Assembly: GCA_964016885.1 (NCBI GenBank)
Contig: OZ024741.1
Location: forward strand, 276,582,001 to 276,646,000
Reading direction: 5' to 3'
DNA: 64,000 nt
Origin: Eledone cirrhosa
Taxonomy: Eukaryota
Position 1 is the stretch's first letter; each line of letters begins with the position of its first letter. Position numbers and translations under genes: made by a program. Below are positions 24,285 to 37,525 of the stretch, one piece after another. The notes below the pieces were generated by a model that worked only from the letters and a program-made list of their open reading frames with translations, had not been told where the DNA came from and ran no database searches.

Positions 24285-26760
24285 GTAATAATAATAAATT
24301 TGAAGACTAAAATCCAAAGAGGGCTCGATAAGGATAAATATATATCAAATATATAAGAACCGTAGAGCAAATATTTATTAAAATAACAGATTAAAGTTTA
24401 AGCAAAGAATCGCTGCTTTCACCCTTAATGGGATCTTCTGAAACTAACAAAGCCAATCTGTGAATGCAGAAGTGAATATTTAAAAAAATGTTGCAACCGG
24501 AGGAAGACAGGAAGACGATACTTTGGTTTGTGGAAACGTTCCCTGGTAAAGAACGGGAAAAAACGAATATAATACGTCATTATTTGGAGCGGTGAAAAAC
24601 AATTACACGCAAAGACAAAACCACGTTTATGGTAGAAAAGAAGTCGTAGACTAATGTTCTCTTAGGTGGTTCATAGAGACGTTCTCTGGCAATGAACGGA
24701 AAGAACGAAGATAATACATCATATGTGGAGCGTGGAGAACAATTGCACGCAAAGACAAAACCACGTAAATGGTATAACTGAAGTCGTAGACTAAAATTCT
24801 AACTAGGAAACCAAATGATTCTCGGCTTCAGAGTTAAGAATAAAGTAAATAAAATACAGAGGTAATTGAAAATAAATAAATACATACACGCATCCATATA
24901 CGTACATACACAAGCATACGCGAAAACACTTGCCATAGGTATACAAATACATGCACATATAAATATGTGTGTGTGTGTGCGTGTATACAAATAATTAAAT
25001 AAACGTATATAAATAAATACGTATATAACAAGCGCACACACATACCTACATGTAAATACACAAATGTTCGGAGAAGTATCTCAACCAAAACACGAAGTAC
25101 ACATATATACACACAGCCTACATACGTACGAACCTGCATACTCACACAGACGCAAAACTCACGTATACACATAAGCAAAAGCATATGTACCACAATATAT
25201 AAAATATACACCATAACATATACAATCAAATATACGTACGAGAAAGTATACGTACCTTCACAAAACATACAGGTAATATATACTTACCTATGCAAATAAG
25301 TAATGGTATATACATAACATATACTTAGCTACCACATCAAGACGTAAAATATCCGCGTATAGATCGTACTATCCGTTAGGGTATAACGTGGGGCTGTAAT
25401 ACAGGAAAGTTTTGTGCAATTTATGTTTACAAGCCGAAATTGCCTCAGATTTTTTGTTTAAGATGTGGTCTGTGGCGTAGAGTTTTTCCAGAGCCTCAGC
25501 GGCGCAGAGGTCACATGGTCTTTTATTTCCGTTATACAATCTAGCCCTAGCTAGGATCTCCCAGTGTAACTTATATTGGGTGTGGTTGTCTTTTAGACTC
25601 CAGATATAAGCTGAAAGTGACGTCATATTCCTTCTTAGAGGGTAACGAAAAGAATGGGTATGCGTGTAAAGACGCTGCTTGAATCTATTGGCGGTTAACC
25701 CTATGTAGGCCCTAGGGGACGTGGGTGTTTCAACCTTACATTTGTAGACAATGTTACTAGAGAAGCATTTCCCGGATAGGGGGCAGTCAACCCGATTCCT
25801 ACAATTACAGTTAGTACTAACTACAGGGTTGCACATGTTCCTACAGCTAGGTAGTTTAGCTAAATTTGAAGCTGTGATGTTATGTGCAAGGTTAGGAGTC
25901 ATAGAGTAAGAAATTTTAATAGTATTTCTATTAAAAATTTTACTATATTTATGTGTAGGGGGAAATAAGGGATAGAAAGATCTTAGCTAATGGTGTGACC
26001 TCCTCCATATTATATGGTGGGTTATACCATATAATGCGTCAGGATCTATTTCTTCTAGGTCTATTCTCGTACTCTGTATATGCTACCTTATCGACAAATC
26101 CACTCCGAGCAAGAGCTTCATTGTAATATGTGGAATGGTCGTTGAAAATATGCACGTTAGTAGATAGACGGGAAAGCCTCAAATAAACGTTTCTTACCAG
26201 GTTCTTGGTTATGCTGGCAGGATGGTTAGAATGCTTAATTAAGCGTATCATTCGGCTTTCTTTACGGGTAACATCGAGGTAATTAACGACCGAGAGGTTG
26301 GCCTCAACCTGTATAGAGAGGTTGAAGCCTTTAAAGAAGGCTGTGAGTTCTTTTCTGAACTTGTCGCAAGCACGTGGGCCACACTTAGTCATGGTCAAAA
26401 GACCATCATCACGGTACAAACCACCGCCCAGGTTGTGGAATTCGTCCTTGATAGAGAAAAGAAGAAAAAGGCCGATAGGATCAGTAACCTCCACAGAATC
26501 GCTGGCACCCATACTCACGTCGAATGGGGTACTATTAGATTTTTTAATCCAAATAGAGTCGTCGAAATTAATCACTGACTTACGGGCATTGAGGATGACA
26601 TCAACTTCGAAATCCTTAACCACTGTGAGTGTTTTAGTGAAATTGATAGCTCTCAGGAGAAGTGGTGAAGTGATGGGGGAGTAGTAGTTATTGATGTCGA
26701 ATTGGATAAAACGGCAATGTTCCTTGTTGCAATGTTCCTTGTTGCATATGCGTCTCCATT
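24285..26760 (-). mobile_element. Penelope-like retroelement, 5'-truncated (RT + GIY-YIG, possibly Nematis-type)
   Basis: RT motifs FIQFDINNYY, FDVSMGASDS and GGLYRDDGL. CNCRNRVDCPLSGKC precedes NIVYKC..YIGLT (GIY-YIG). The long non-coding 3' region ends in (TA)n and contains a duplication of about 142 bp (24536-24794). Confidence 0.9.
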
Positions 26761-27205
26761 GAATTGAAGTGCTCTGAGTGTGGAAAAATCTGGTCTCAAG
26801 AGCCACAGTTGCAGCCATGTTCAAAGAAACCCAGTGAACTATGATCTCTACAGTATTGTGAGGGTTCGCAGGCAACCTGATGCAAGACCTCAATCCAGGG
26901 AGATCCATAGTTGTCGTCAATGTGTGAAGGAGTGCAAGTCTCTAGCAGGCTTGAAAAGCCATATCTGAGCATCACACATCTGAATCTGACAAGCGATTGC
27001 AATACTCTTAGCAGAGTTTGCAGCCATCATGTATGTATGTATGTGTGTGTGTATTTATATGTATTTTTATGAATGTTTTTGTAACATTAATTCATGTTTC
27101 ATTCTTTCTTTCCATCACCACCAACACCATCACTAATGCGGCTGCAACCATCACAACCACCTCTACTAACCTCATCATCATCATCATTATGCTAATGATA
27201 AACAG

Positions 27206-27296
27206 AGGCCAGTTCTTTGACAAGCATCTCAAATTTATCAAACTAAATCAACAATTTGTGCCTTTCACCAAGAAGGATATATCCTACCTCATGCAG
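27206..27296 (+). CDS. MGAT1: MGAT1 exon
   Basis: AACAG acceptor, GTCAGT donor. Reads GQFFDKHLKFIKLNQQFVPFTKKDISYLMQ; the phase 2 join to the previous exon gives a Lys codon. Confidence 0.95.
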
Positions 27297-27304
27297 GTCA
27301 GTTG

Positions 27305-27346
<42 letters not shown>

Positions 27347-28797
27347 AAATCTTGACAATATCATCATGCCTGAGGGAGGAGCCCCACCAGGTGGAATAGC
27401 TCGTACAGCAGGCATCACTGGCTGTCATCTATGACACTGTTGTCACCATCTTAACCTCAAGGTTCAACTAAGATATACCATTCAAATGAGGAGATAAAAA
27501 GCACCCTTCCTCATTTCTTCCGTCCAATTTTTTTTTCTTTTTCTTTTCCTTTTTAATTGTTTTACTGTTGCATATCGGACCCCATATTTTATAATCTGGA
27601 GGTTTCACACAGTCTCCTGTCTAGAGTCAGTCTGTGTCACTGAAATGTTTGACATCTGTTTCATCGGGACTGTTTGACATCTGCTTTATCTGGACTGTTT
27701 GACAGTGATGGTGACATGGTCATTTGTCTAACTAGTCATACTTGAGACATTTGTAAAGTAAACTGTAGCCATCCCAGACACTGTCCATTTATTTCTTGCA
27801 TTTGACACAATAAAAAGTACCCGGTCCACCCTATAAGGTGGCTGCGCTGGTAATACGATGAAAAAGAACCCAGTCCACCCTATAAGGTGGTCGTGCTGGT
27901 GACACGAAGCACCTGGTCCAACCTGTCAAGCAGGTCATTTTTGGGTCATAATGAAAGGCACCCATTCTACACTGTAAATGTGGTTGATGTTAGGAATGGG
28001 GCTCAGCCATGGAAACCAAGCCAGAAACAGTTCTTTGTGAACAAGACACAGTCACCTGATCTGACTTGTCTAGACCATGCTGGTGTGGAAAATGCTCGTT
28101 AAATGGTGGATTTGACAAGGCTGAGAGAACAATAGGTGACTAAAAGGTTTGGTACCAGGCAGGGCATCTGGCTCTAAAACATTATTTTAAAAAGGACCTC
28201 ATGATGAGTATGATGTTTCTTAAAAGGCCTACAAGGCTAATTCCTGCTTTAGCAGTAAAAATAGCTTTAACCCTTTCATTACCATATTTCTAATAAAATA
28301 TTCTGCTAATTAGTTGAAAACCATTTAAAGATTAATCAGGAATTTGAAAGGATTTAGTCATATAACTAGTTTTCTCATTATTTATCTGGTGTTCTGGTTT
28401 GGGGCATAATTTTACAATGGTTCTTTACACAAAATTATGATGGAATGATTTTAGATAAATATAAGAGGCCTGTGTTAGTGCCACAAAAAAGCATCCAGTC
28501 CATCCTGTATGAAGATTGTGTTGGTACCATGACAAAAAGCACCTGATCCACGTTGCATGAGGGTTGTGTTGCTGTTATGACAAAAAGCATCCAGTCCGTC
28601 CTGTATAAAGAGTTGTGCTGGTGCCATGACAAAAAGAACCCAGTCCACTCTGTAATGTGGTTGGCATTAGCAAGGGCATCCAGTCAGAAAAGCAAGCCAA
28701 AAGGGTTACCTGACCTGTTTGTCCTCAAAATATGACAACCCGTCTAACCCATGCAAACATGAAACATTAAATGGTAACTATGATGATGATAAGCACT

Positions 28798-28969
28798 TTA
28801 ACCCTTTAGCATTTACATTACTCTATATATACTATATACTATGAGATTTTGTTATTATTTATTTTGAGAATAATACCTTAATATCAGTATGAGCAGCCAG
28901 TTACAGCCAGTTTGAACAGAGAGAGAGAATTCTGGCTAGATATAGCTGGTTTAAATGCTAAAGGGTTAA
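28798..28969. mobile_element. piggyBac-type MITE
   Basis: TTAA|CCCTTTAGCATTTA ... TAAATGCTAAAGGG|TTAA. Confidence 0.85.
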
Positions 28970-29160
28970 GATAAAAAGCTGAGTGTCATAGAACCGGGGG
29001 TGGTTTCAGGCAGTTTGATATCAATAGTGTTAAAAGACATGGTGCTGTTGCTGTTTCTAATCTTAATTGTTGTTGTTCTTTAAACGATTGACAAGATTCC
29101 AGACCTCATTCTATCACTAAGTGGGATGGAACTCATCAAATTGGACCAAGGAAACATTGT

Positions 29161-29390
29161 TTAACCCTTTAGCATTTACATTACTCTATATTTGATATTG
29201 TATTTTTTGTGGTAAAGGCTTTATTGTACATAATTATCTCACATAATATCAAATCTATGAGATTTTGATGTTATTTATTTTGAGAACAATACCTTAACAT
29301 CTGTATGAGTGGCCAGTTACAACTGGTTTGAATAGAAGGAGGTGAGAAAATTCTGGCCGGATACAGCCAGTTTAAATGTTAAAGGGTTAA
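29161..29390. mobile_element. piggyBac-type MITE
   Basis: TTAA|CCCTTTTAGCATTTA ... TAAATGTTAAAGGG|TTAA; same family as 10852 and 28798. Confidence 0.85.
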
Positions 29391-29428
29391 CTAGAGTATA
29401 ATAAGGTTGTTTTTCTATCTATTCCTAG

Positions 29429-29599
29429 GATAAGTATGACATTGAATTTGTAAAGCGTGTCTACAGTTGTATGGCTGTAACAGCCACAGACGTTGTCAAT
29501 GGAATCGGTAAAGACAAGAAATGCCTCCGAGTGCAATATAACTCCAAAGAGGAATTCAAAGCATTTGCCAAGCAGCTAGGCATCATGGACGATCTTAAG
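29429..29599 (+). CDS. MGAT1: MGAT1 exon
   Basis: TTCCTAG acceptor, GTAAGT donor. 57 codons: DKYDIEFVKRVYSC...LRVQYNSKEEFKAFAKQLGIMDDLK. Confidence 0.95.
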
Positions 29600-29669
29600 G
29601 TAAGTTGGTGGTGTTCATCATGGTAAGATGGTGACAGGACAAGTGTTAAACTTTATATGTAGGATGTAA

Positions 29670-30080
29670 TTGTAAAGTGGTAGTGCTGGTGCCGTGATAA
29701 AATGCACCCAATCCATTCTATAAAATGGTAGTGCTGATACCAGGATAAAATGCATTCAGTCTATTCTGTAAAATGGTAGTGTGGGTGCCAGGATAAAATT
29801 CACCCAGTCCACTCTGTAAAATGGCAGTGCCGGTGACAGGATAAAATGCACTCAGTCTACTCTGTAAAACGGTAATGTATGTACCAGGATAACATGCACC
29901 CAGTCCACTCTGTAAAATGGCAGTGCTGGTGCCAGGATGAAATGTGCTCAGTACATGCTGAAAAGTGGCTTTTGGAAGGGCCTCCAGCAATAGAAATGGA
30001 ATTTACAAGCAAGATCATCAGATCTGTCACATCTCATGCCAGCAAGAAAAACAGACATAAAACTGTGATGATGATGATGT
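29670..30080 (+). repeat. About 48-bp tandem repeat leading into an RTE/SINE-type tail
   Basis: About six copies of GTGCTGGTGCCAGGATAAAATGCACCCAGTCCACTCTGTAAAATGG, then GGAAGGGC..(GAT)n. Related arrays at about 28470-28660 and 17690-17830. Confidence 0.75.
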
Positions 30081-31478
30081 CCCCTGTTTTTCTTACCAAC
30101 AGCTAACTAATATTAATTAAAGTGAGTTAAGGATCCAATTATGTTCTTGTAGGGGCCATATTATCCACCTACGATTTTGTAGCTGTGAATATTGTATGGA
30201 TCCAGTTTAGAATAGGTACCCCAAGAGACAGTTGATAAGGTTGGTGTCAGTAAGGGCATCAAGTTGTAAAACATTGTCTAAAAAAGGTCTCCATGGGAAG
30301 TATGAAGCCTGTTACAGTGTCTGTAAAGCCAGCCATTGTTTTGGTTAAGAAATCACCATTAACTCTTTTATTACCATATTTCTAATTAAATACACCCTAT
30401 TTCAATTAGTTAATGAAGGAATTTGATGGATTTACAACAATAATTAGTTATTTCTAGAAAATTGGACATTAATTGTTAAAAAATGATGAAGATGTTGAGA
30501 TGTTATGTTGCAGTTGTTTAATGGTCCTTAATGTTTCAGAAATAAATCCCTTCATCTAAAGAATAATTAAGGAAACTAAATCAGAGCTGGATATCTTGCA
30601 GTGCTCATAAGCTACCATTTTTTAAACTGAAAGTAGTGATTTGGTCTAATGTTGGAAATGGTGAATGGATCATATGTATGTGATCTAAGCTATGTTTGGA
30701 TCTATTTTTGAAGTGGAATGATGTTGCTATCTATGTTAGCCACTAGGTGTTGAGTTTTAGTCTGTTGTTGATCAATTATTTCTTGACTAAGATTGTACCT
30801 TATCATATGGTTCTTGTATATAAAATTATGTTGGAAGATTTTAATTTAAATAGGAACCCTTTAAAACGTTTGATTTCATAGAACCAGCTCTGGTTCTATG
30901 AAACAAGTTTATGATGGATCTTTCATCGGTTTCAAATAAGAGTATTTAGTTGGTTGATCAACTGAACAATCTATAGTGTACGTGAATGAATGTTTCACAG
31001 ACACATGTATCAATTATGTAATTTCCTATATTTGCCAAAGTCGATAATTATATGAAATGTATAACTATATAAATAAAAATAAATTTACAGTCCACACTGT
31101 AAATGTAGTCGGCGTTAGGAAGAGCATCAAGTTGTAGAAATCCAACCAGAATCAGTTCTGTATGAGCAAGACACGGTCACCTGATCTGACAACAGTTCAA
31201 CTCGTCTAACCCATGTTAGCATGGAAAAATGGACGTTAAACTGTGCTGATAATGATGATGATGAAATAGTGAATTCATTGAATTTAATTTATTTTTCTTA
31301 TATTTGTTTATATATTTAAACAGTTTGAGTGTCCCTGTCTGTGTATACGTTTAGTGTTTGCTTATGTCCCACAACTTTGCAGTTTTACAAAAGGAGATCG
31401 ATAAAATTAAATATGAAAAATTAAGTACTGAAACCCTTAATGTGGTGCCCTACCATGGCTGCAGTCTCATGACTAACA

Positions 31479-33310
31479 CCATCATCATCATCATCATCAA
31501 CGTTTAACGTCCGTGTTCCACGCTTGCATGGGTTTGGACGGGGGTAGTCCCACTTGAGGCAAGAGTGATTGTCTTGCTCGCATAGGACTGTCTGGCAGGT
31601 TTTCTACAGTTGGATGCCCTTCCTAACACCAACCACATTTACAGTGTGGGTCTGGGAGGTTTTTACCGTGTTGCCTACACGGCCACATTACAGCGTGGAC
31701 TGTGTGTTTTTTTGTCGTGACACCTACACGATCTCATTTGTTTCGGCCTGGATGGCGCGGCACCAACATAACTTTACATAGAACGGGGTGGTGTGGATGG
31801 GGTGGGGGTGGTGGCGGGACGGGGTGTATTTTGTTAGAGATGCCTACTGGCAAGGCGGGTCTTCTCTGTTACTGAGTACCGCCAAAGGTCTCGGTCCAGT
31901 GACATTGTCTTGGAGAGGTGTAAGTGTGTGAGGTCGGAGTTTATCAGCTCATCCCATGTTTTTCTAGGTCTGCCTATTCCGTGGCTACCGTCTATCTTTA
32001 TTGCCCTGCACTTTGTTATACAGCTATCGACTTTCATGCGCATCACGTGTCCATACCAACGCAGCCTTCTCTCGAGTAAACAACATCTGATCCCTCTTAT
32101 CTCTAATTTTTTCCTTAGTTCGTTTATGCTTTGCCGTTCACGTATATTACTGTTACACATCCAGCGGAGCATGCAAGCTTCGTTCCTCTCTAGTCTGCGT
32201 ATATCCTCTGCACACAATGCCCAGGTCTCACTACCATGCAACATTGCTGTTCGTATGCAGGCATCGTACAACCTGCCTTTCATTTTTAGGGAGAACCCTT
32301 TAGCAGCTAATAGTGGTATAAGCTCTCTGAACTTTTTCCAACCAGTTCTGACTCTAGCTACAGTACTTTCAGAGCACCCTCCCCCACTGCTGATTTTATC
32401 GCCCAGGTAACGGAAGCTGTCCACTATTTCTATAGAACCCTCTGCGCAATTGAAAGAGCTAGTATTTTGTGGGCACTTGCTGCTACTTATTGCACCAGAA
32501 CACCGGCCACATGTAAAATCTATGTTCTTAGTTAGCTTACCTGTGATCCCACTACATCTTTTATGCACCCATACTTTGCATTTAGGACATAAAATGGAGT
32601 TTCTACCTACGCCTTTCCTACACACCGAGCACGACCATTTCCCAGAAGGGACCGGCGCCTTGTTTTCTTTCCTACAAACTAGAACTTTGGTCTTAGCCAG
32701 GTTAATTTTAAGTCCTTTTGACTCTAGGCCGTGCTTCCATGTTTGGAATTTCTTCTCTAGCTCGGCCATTGATTCCGCTATGAGTGTCAGGTCGTCTGCG
32801 TATAGGAGTTCCCATGGGCAGCCTGTCTTGAACTCCTCTGTTATAGCCTGAAGGGCAATAATAAATAGTAGGGGGCTGAGAACAGAGCCCTGATGGACGC
32901 CAACTTTTACGCTAAACTCTTCACTATATTCGTTGTTAATTCTAACCTTGCTGACTGTTTCTTTATACATGGCTTGTATAGCCCTCACAAGCCATTCGTC
33001 AACGCCTAGTTTTCTAAGAGCCCACCAGATAATGGAGCGGGGGACTCTGTCGAAGGCTTTCTCCAGGTCGACAAAAGCTAAGTAGAGGGGTCTACCTTTA
33101 GCTAGGTACTTCTCCTGTAGTTGTCGTACTATGAAAAGGGCGTCTGTGGTGCTTTTGCCTGACACAAACCCGAACTGCATTTCATCTAGGTCAATTCTCT
33201 CTCTGATTAGTTGCGCTATTACTTTTTCCGTGACCTTCATGACCTGGTCGATTAATTTAATGCCTCTATAGTTACTCCTATCTAGGGCGTCTCCTTTACC
33301 CTTATAACAG
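31479..33310 (-). mobile_element. RTE-clade LINE, 5'-truncated, uninterrupted RT ORF
   Basis: ORF 31834-33324 with NYRGIKL, FVDLEKAFD, GVHQGSVLSPLLF, LLYADDL, a C4HC3 finger and GRPRKTW. 3' UTR ends in (GAT)n. Confidence 0.95.
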
Positions 33311-33770
33311 AATATCTGAATCATATATATACCAATAATAGAATATCTGAATCATATTTACAACATTCGAGTCGGAAATTAAGCGACAGTAATATTGCGA
33401 AATCAACTTTAGAAGTGTAGAAATGGTGCAATATCAACTATTAATACTTTAAAAAGAATTTATATCAAATCAAGTCAAGTGAGCAGTCAAAGGGAAGTAA
33501 ATCTTATAACTTACAGAAGAACGCCTGCATAAATTCTTTCCCTTAGATTGTTATTGGAATCTGTTTGAAAATTGCGGCACGCCAAGTCTCTAAAACAAGA
33601 TAAATAGGTAAAACCAGACCAAGAAACACCAACGTATTCGCTATAATCACATTCACAGTTCTATAATAAGACGTTGCTAATAAATAAAAGAAGGGTAAAA
33701 TGACGCATTCCGTATAAACCTTATATATAAGCACTGGTTGTTGTCTAAGCAGATGAGTCACTTTGTGTGT

Positions 33771-33815
<45 letters not shown>

Positions 33816-34893
33816 GTGTGTGTGTGTTTTTATGTCTTGTAACGTGGCAGATAAAAACGTATTTCGGGTAATATGATACTAACTAGCTTGAGTGCCGTGC
33901 CCCAGCATGGTCGTAGTATAATGACTGAAATCAATGAAGGAATAAAAGAATGAGTTTTCTGTTCAGAAATTTGAAATATAATAATAAACTGACACGTTCA
34001 CGTTGGATTTGAACTCCTTGCCTGTGTGTTGTGTCAAATTGCTTAAGTGTTCTAGCATTACGCCTGTCACGAGGAGATTAAATAAATATATTTATATATT
34101 CAGGGAAGAAGAAAAGAGAGAAATGATATGTTATTTTTTAAACGTAAGAAACTAAATGAAAACGTAACATCCACTCATGTTGAAGTAACGTCCGCTTTTG
34201 CTGTAAAACCCCCCCCCCACCTCCCCTCCCCCAAAACCCGCGGAATTATCTCCCCTTGTATTCCTTCATTGATATTTACACATACACCTTCGATATATAT
34301 ATATATATATATATTCAAAGTAGGGAGACTAAGACAATGGAAAAAACGGCAAAGCAGACAGTCCCAGCTCAATCAACCTCCGGAAATCACTATGGTTTTG
34401 GTGCATTAAAGTCAATACCATTTATTCCATTACACATTGGGACACAACAAAACAGGCAGAGACAAGTTATACCTTTAGGCAAATTACACAAATATAGAGT
34501 GTACAAGGGCTTAGCCAAAGGAGAAAAATAGTAAAACAGAAGAGAATAAGGACTGTAATCCAATATGCGGACAAAGAAGGACACTGAGGTGTAGAAACTG
34601 TAAGAAGGGAGAAAAGAGGAAATCAGGCCAGGCAGTGATATATATATATATATTATAGTAAGGTATCATAGCATATAAAATATGTATGATGATTGTGTTT
34701 ATCATATATATATATACACACACATACACACTCTTTGTCATTAGACTGCGGCCATAGAGTAAACTTGAAAGAGGTTAGCCTGTATTTATATTATTGATCT
34801 CCCTTATTTTGTCGAAACGCTATGTTACAAGGACATAAATGGTAAACGTAAACTCACGTACTATATAGATACACAGATACACCTGTGTGTATG

Positions 34894-34924
<31 letters not shown>

Positions 34925-35620
34925 TTGTGTATGGGCGATGGCAGGAAAATGAACAAATAAAGTCTTATTAGTCGACTGCTACAGATACGTTGTTTTAGTG
35001 GTTTCTTGTTTGTGGAAACATGATCAAGTCAGAAACACATTTCTCTATTTTTCTGATTACATTATCCAACGTATCTTTCCTTTTAGATGGTATAATTTGA
35101 GAGGTTCAGCTGTTATTTCTAGCAGGTTGAGCGAGCTCCATCGTAGAGATTTCTAACTTGAGCAAGGCGGAGAAATAGCTACATCGATGGTGATATTTGC
35201 CATGGGACTTAACTCGTACTAGACAATTTTGTAAATATACATTGGGTTGTTTCCCTTGCAAAGCAAATGAAAAATAGTGACATTTGAAAATATTTCTATA
35301 ATTATTTTTTTCCCGTTAGTAATGTACTCTAGGCAGGCATGAACACCACAGTATACCCTATTTTTATTGTTTGTTAAAAAGAAAATACTATTTATAATAG
35401 AGATAGGGGTGGAAAAGATATGTTTCGAAATTCGATATAATCACAATTTAATGGTAACATTTCATTTGATGAGTTCCACCTCGCTCGGTAAGCAAATGAA
35501 GTCTGGGATATACTTGATCGATTCAATTGATTTTTTTTTTTATTAAAAAGAACAACATGTAGAATATCTAATTGTTTTAACAGTGATTAACCAATTATCT
35601 CCTTTCTCTTTCTCCAACAG

Positions 35621-35734
35621 GCTGGGGTCCCACGTGCTGGCTATCGAGGTGTGGTCAGCATCATCCACAAGTCAAGACGTGTTTACCTGACACCGCCTGA
35701 AACCTGGTCTGGTTACAACCCCAACTGGAACTAG
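35621..35734 (+). CDS. MGAT1: MGAT1 last coding exon
   Basis: Polypyrimidine tract + CAACAG acceptor. Reads AGVPRAGYRGVVSIIHKSRRVYLTPPETWSGYNPNWN*, the typical GnT-I C-terminus; TAG at 35732-35734. Confidence 0.96.
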   Translation, partial: AGVPRAGYRGVVSIIHKSRRVYLTPPETWSGYNPNWN

Positions 35735-36182
35735 TTAACATCTCACCACTACTACCACCACCACCACCACCACTGCTACTACTACCACCATCACCACCAC
35801 CACCGCTACTACTACCATCACCACTACCACCATCACCACTGCTATTACTACCACCACTACCAAAAGGCATCACCACCACCTTCGTCAGCATTATTGCTCC
35901 TCTGTCCCCTTTACTTTTTTTTTTTTATTTTATGTGGCATTATTTTATGATATGCCAACAGCAACATCATCATGGTTATTATAATCATCATCGTCAATAA
36001 CAGAAGCAGCATTAAATCCAGCAATATCAGTGTTAGCAATGTCATCACAGGCTGTCATCATTGTTGGGTCCACGTATGAATCTATACACACACACATATA
36101 TACCCTATCTCTCTCTTATCTTTCTCTCCTGTAACTAGAACCAAACACCTCTTTGTCTTTCACTGTGTATTCTCACTCTGTC

Positions 36183-36233
<51 letters not shown>

Positions 36234-36326
36234 ATGTATGCCCGGTCCCCTAACTCCTGGTGGAGTTGTAGTGGCATACAACATTTCTAGAGCATTTTAA
36301 ACATGTATATATATATATATATATAC

Positions 36327-36371
<45 letters not shown>

Positions 36372-37299
36372 CCCATGCTAGCGTGGAAAATGGACGTTAA
36401 ACGAAGATGAATATGATGATATATACACATATTAATATATATATATATAGAGAGAGAGATATGATGGCTGACCCCTCGTTATCGAGTATGGCCATTGCAC
36501 TATATACCATTATTAATAATTATTAATTAATTCTATCGTGCAATGCTTGTGCATGTAGATATTTTTTAAAGACTGTGCACTGAGCCAATCCCATTCTCTG
36601 AGCAACAGTAGCTATAACTCGAAAAGAAGAAAAGATCAACATTATCGGTAACTACTGAGCTGCAGGTTTTATATTGGAGTTATCCCAGTTTCCTGAGTTG
36701 CCTTCTCCTAGAAGAATGCCTTGACAAAGGCTAGGGGTCCTTCACTCCCAGTAGTTTAACCGCGCAGTGCATGTGTATATACATATTTACACACTTTCGG
36801 ATGGCCGTTGACTCTTATGAGTTCTTCCGCCCTTAGTATATATAGATACATACATACATACATATGTTCACACACACATATATATATATACACACACATA
36901 TAGGCTTTGCCTCTATTGCTTACTGTACCAATACCAACAACAACATTTACTACAACAGCAGTGATAGTGGTGACTGGTGGCAGCTGCTGTAAGAACACCT
37001 CCACTCCTCCTCAATACTCATCCTTTCACCCTGTTTACATTAAACAATAATATCAGCATCATCACTATCAACATCATCATTTGCAACATCAACACCCATT
37101 GTTGAGTTAGCTGTCTGTGGTGGGAGGGGTACAAGACCAATAGAAAGACCTATTCCCCTAAAATAGGAGGGGCTGTGGTGGGGTCTCGGTGGACTATCCA
37201 ATGTAGAGCATGGTGCATATGTGTAGGTGGGGGTGAGAGAAGAGGGATAATGATGTCTTTCTCTGTGTCTTATCTGATGCTAGCTCATCAGATAGCTCA

Positions 37300-37525
37300 A
37301 ATATGCTGAGGCTTGGTTTGACTCAGTCCAGCCTGGCTGGTTTTTAGCTCAACTCAACTTGATTGAATTAGCTTAGCTCAGCTCGGTTTGATCAGCCAGG
37401 CTTGCCTTGGCAAGACTTGGTTCAGCCCAGCTTGGTTGGGATCAACTTAGCTTGGCTTGGCTTAATTGATTTAGTTTGGTTCAACTGAGCTTGGATCAGC
37501 TTGGCTTGCTCTGGCTCAGTTCAAA
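37300..37525. repeat. Degenerate pentanucleotide (GCTTG/GCTCA) repeat
   Basis: Visible 5-bp periodicity, e.g. AGCTTGGCTTGGCTTAA. Confidence 0.7.

Noticed and set aside
26036-26044. In-frame TGA in the PLE ORF (NRS*RIIWYNPP) as possible selenocysteine
   Set aside because: The position is in an Arg-rich stretch, so CGA-to-TGA CpG decay is simpler, and the copy has other frameshifts.
26770-26975. C2H2 zinc-finger-like peptide CRQCVKECKSLAGLKSHI
   Set aside because: Contains a stop, lacks splice signals and abuts the PLE truncation; probably a LINE fragment rather than a host gene.
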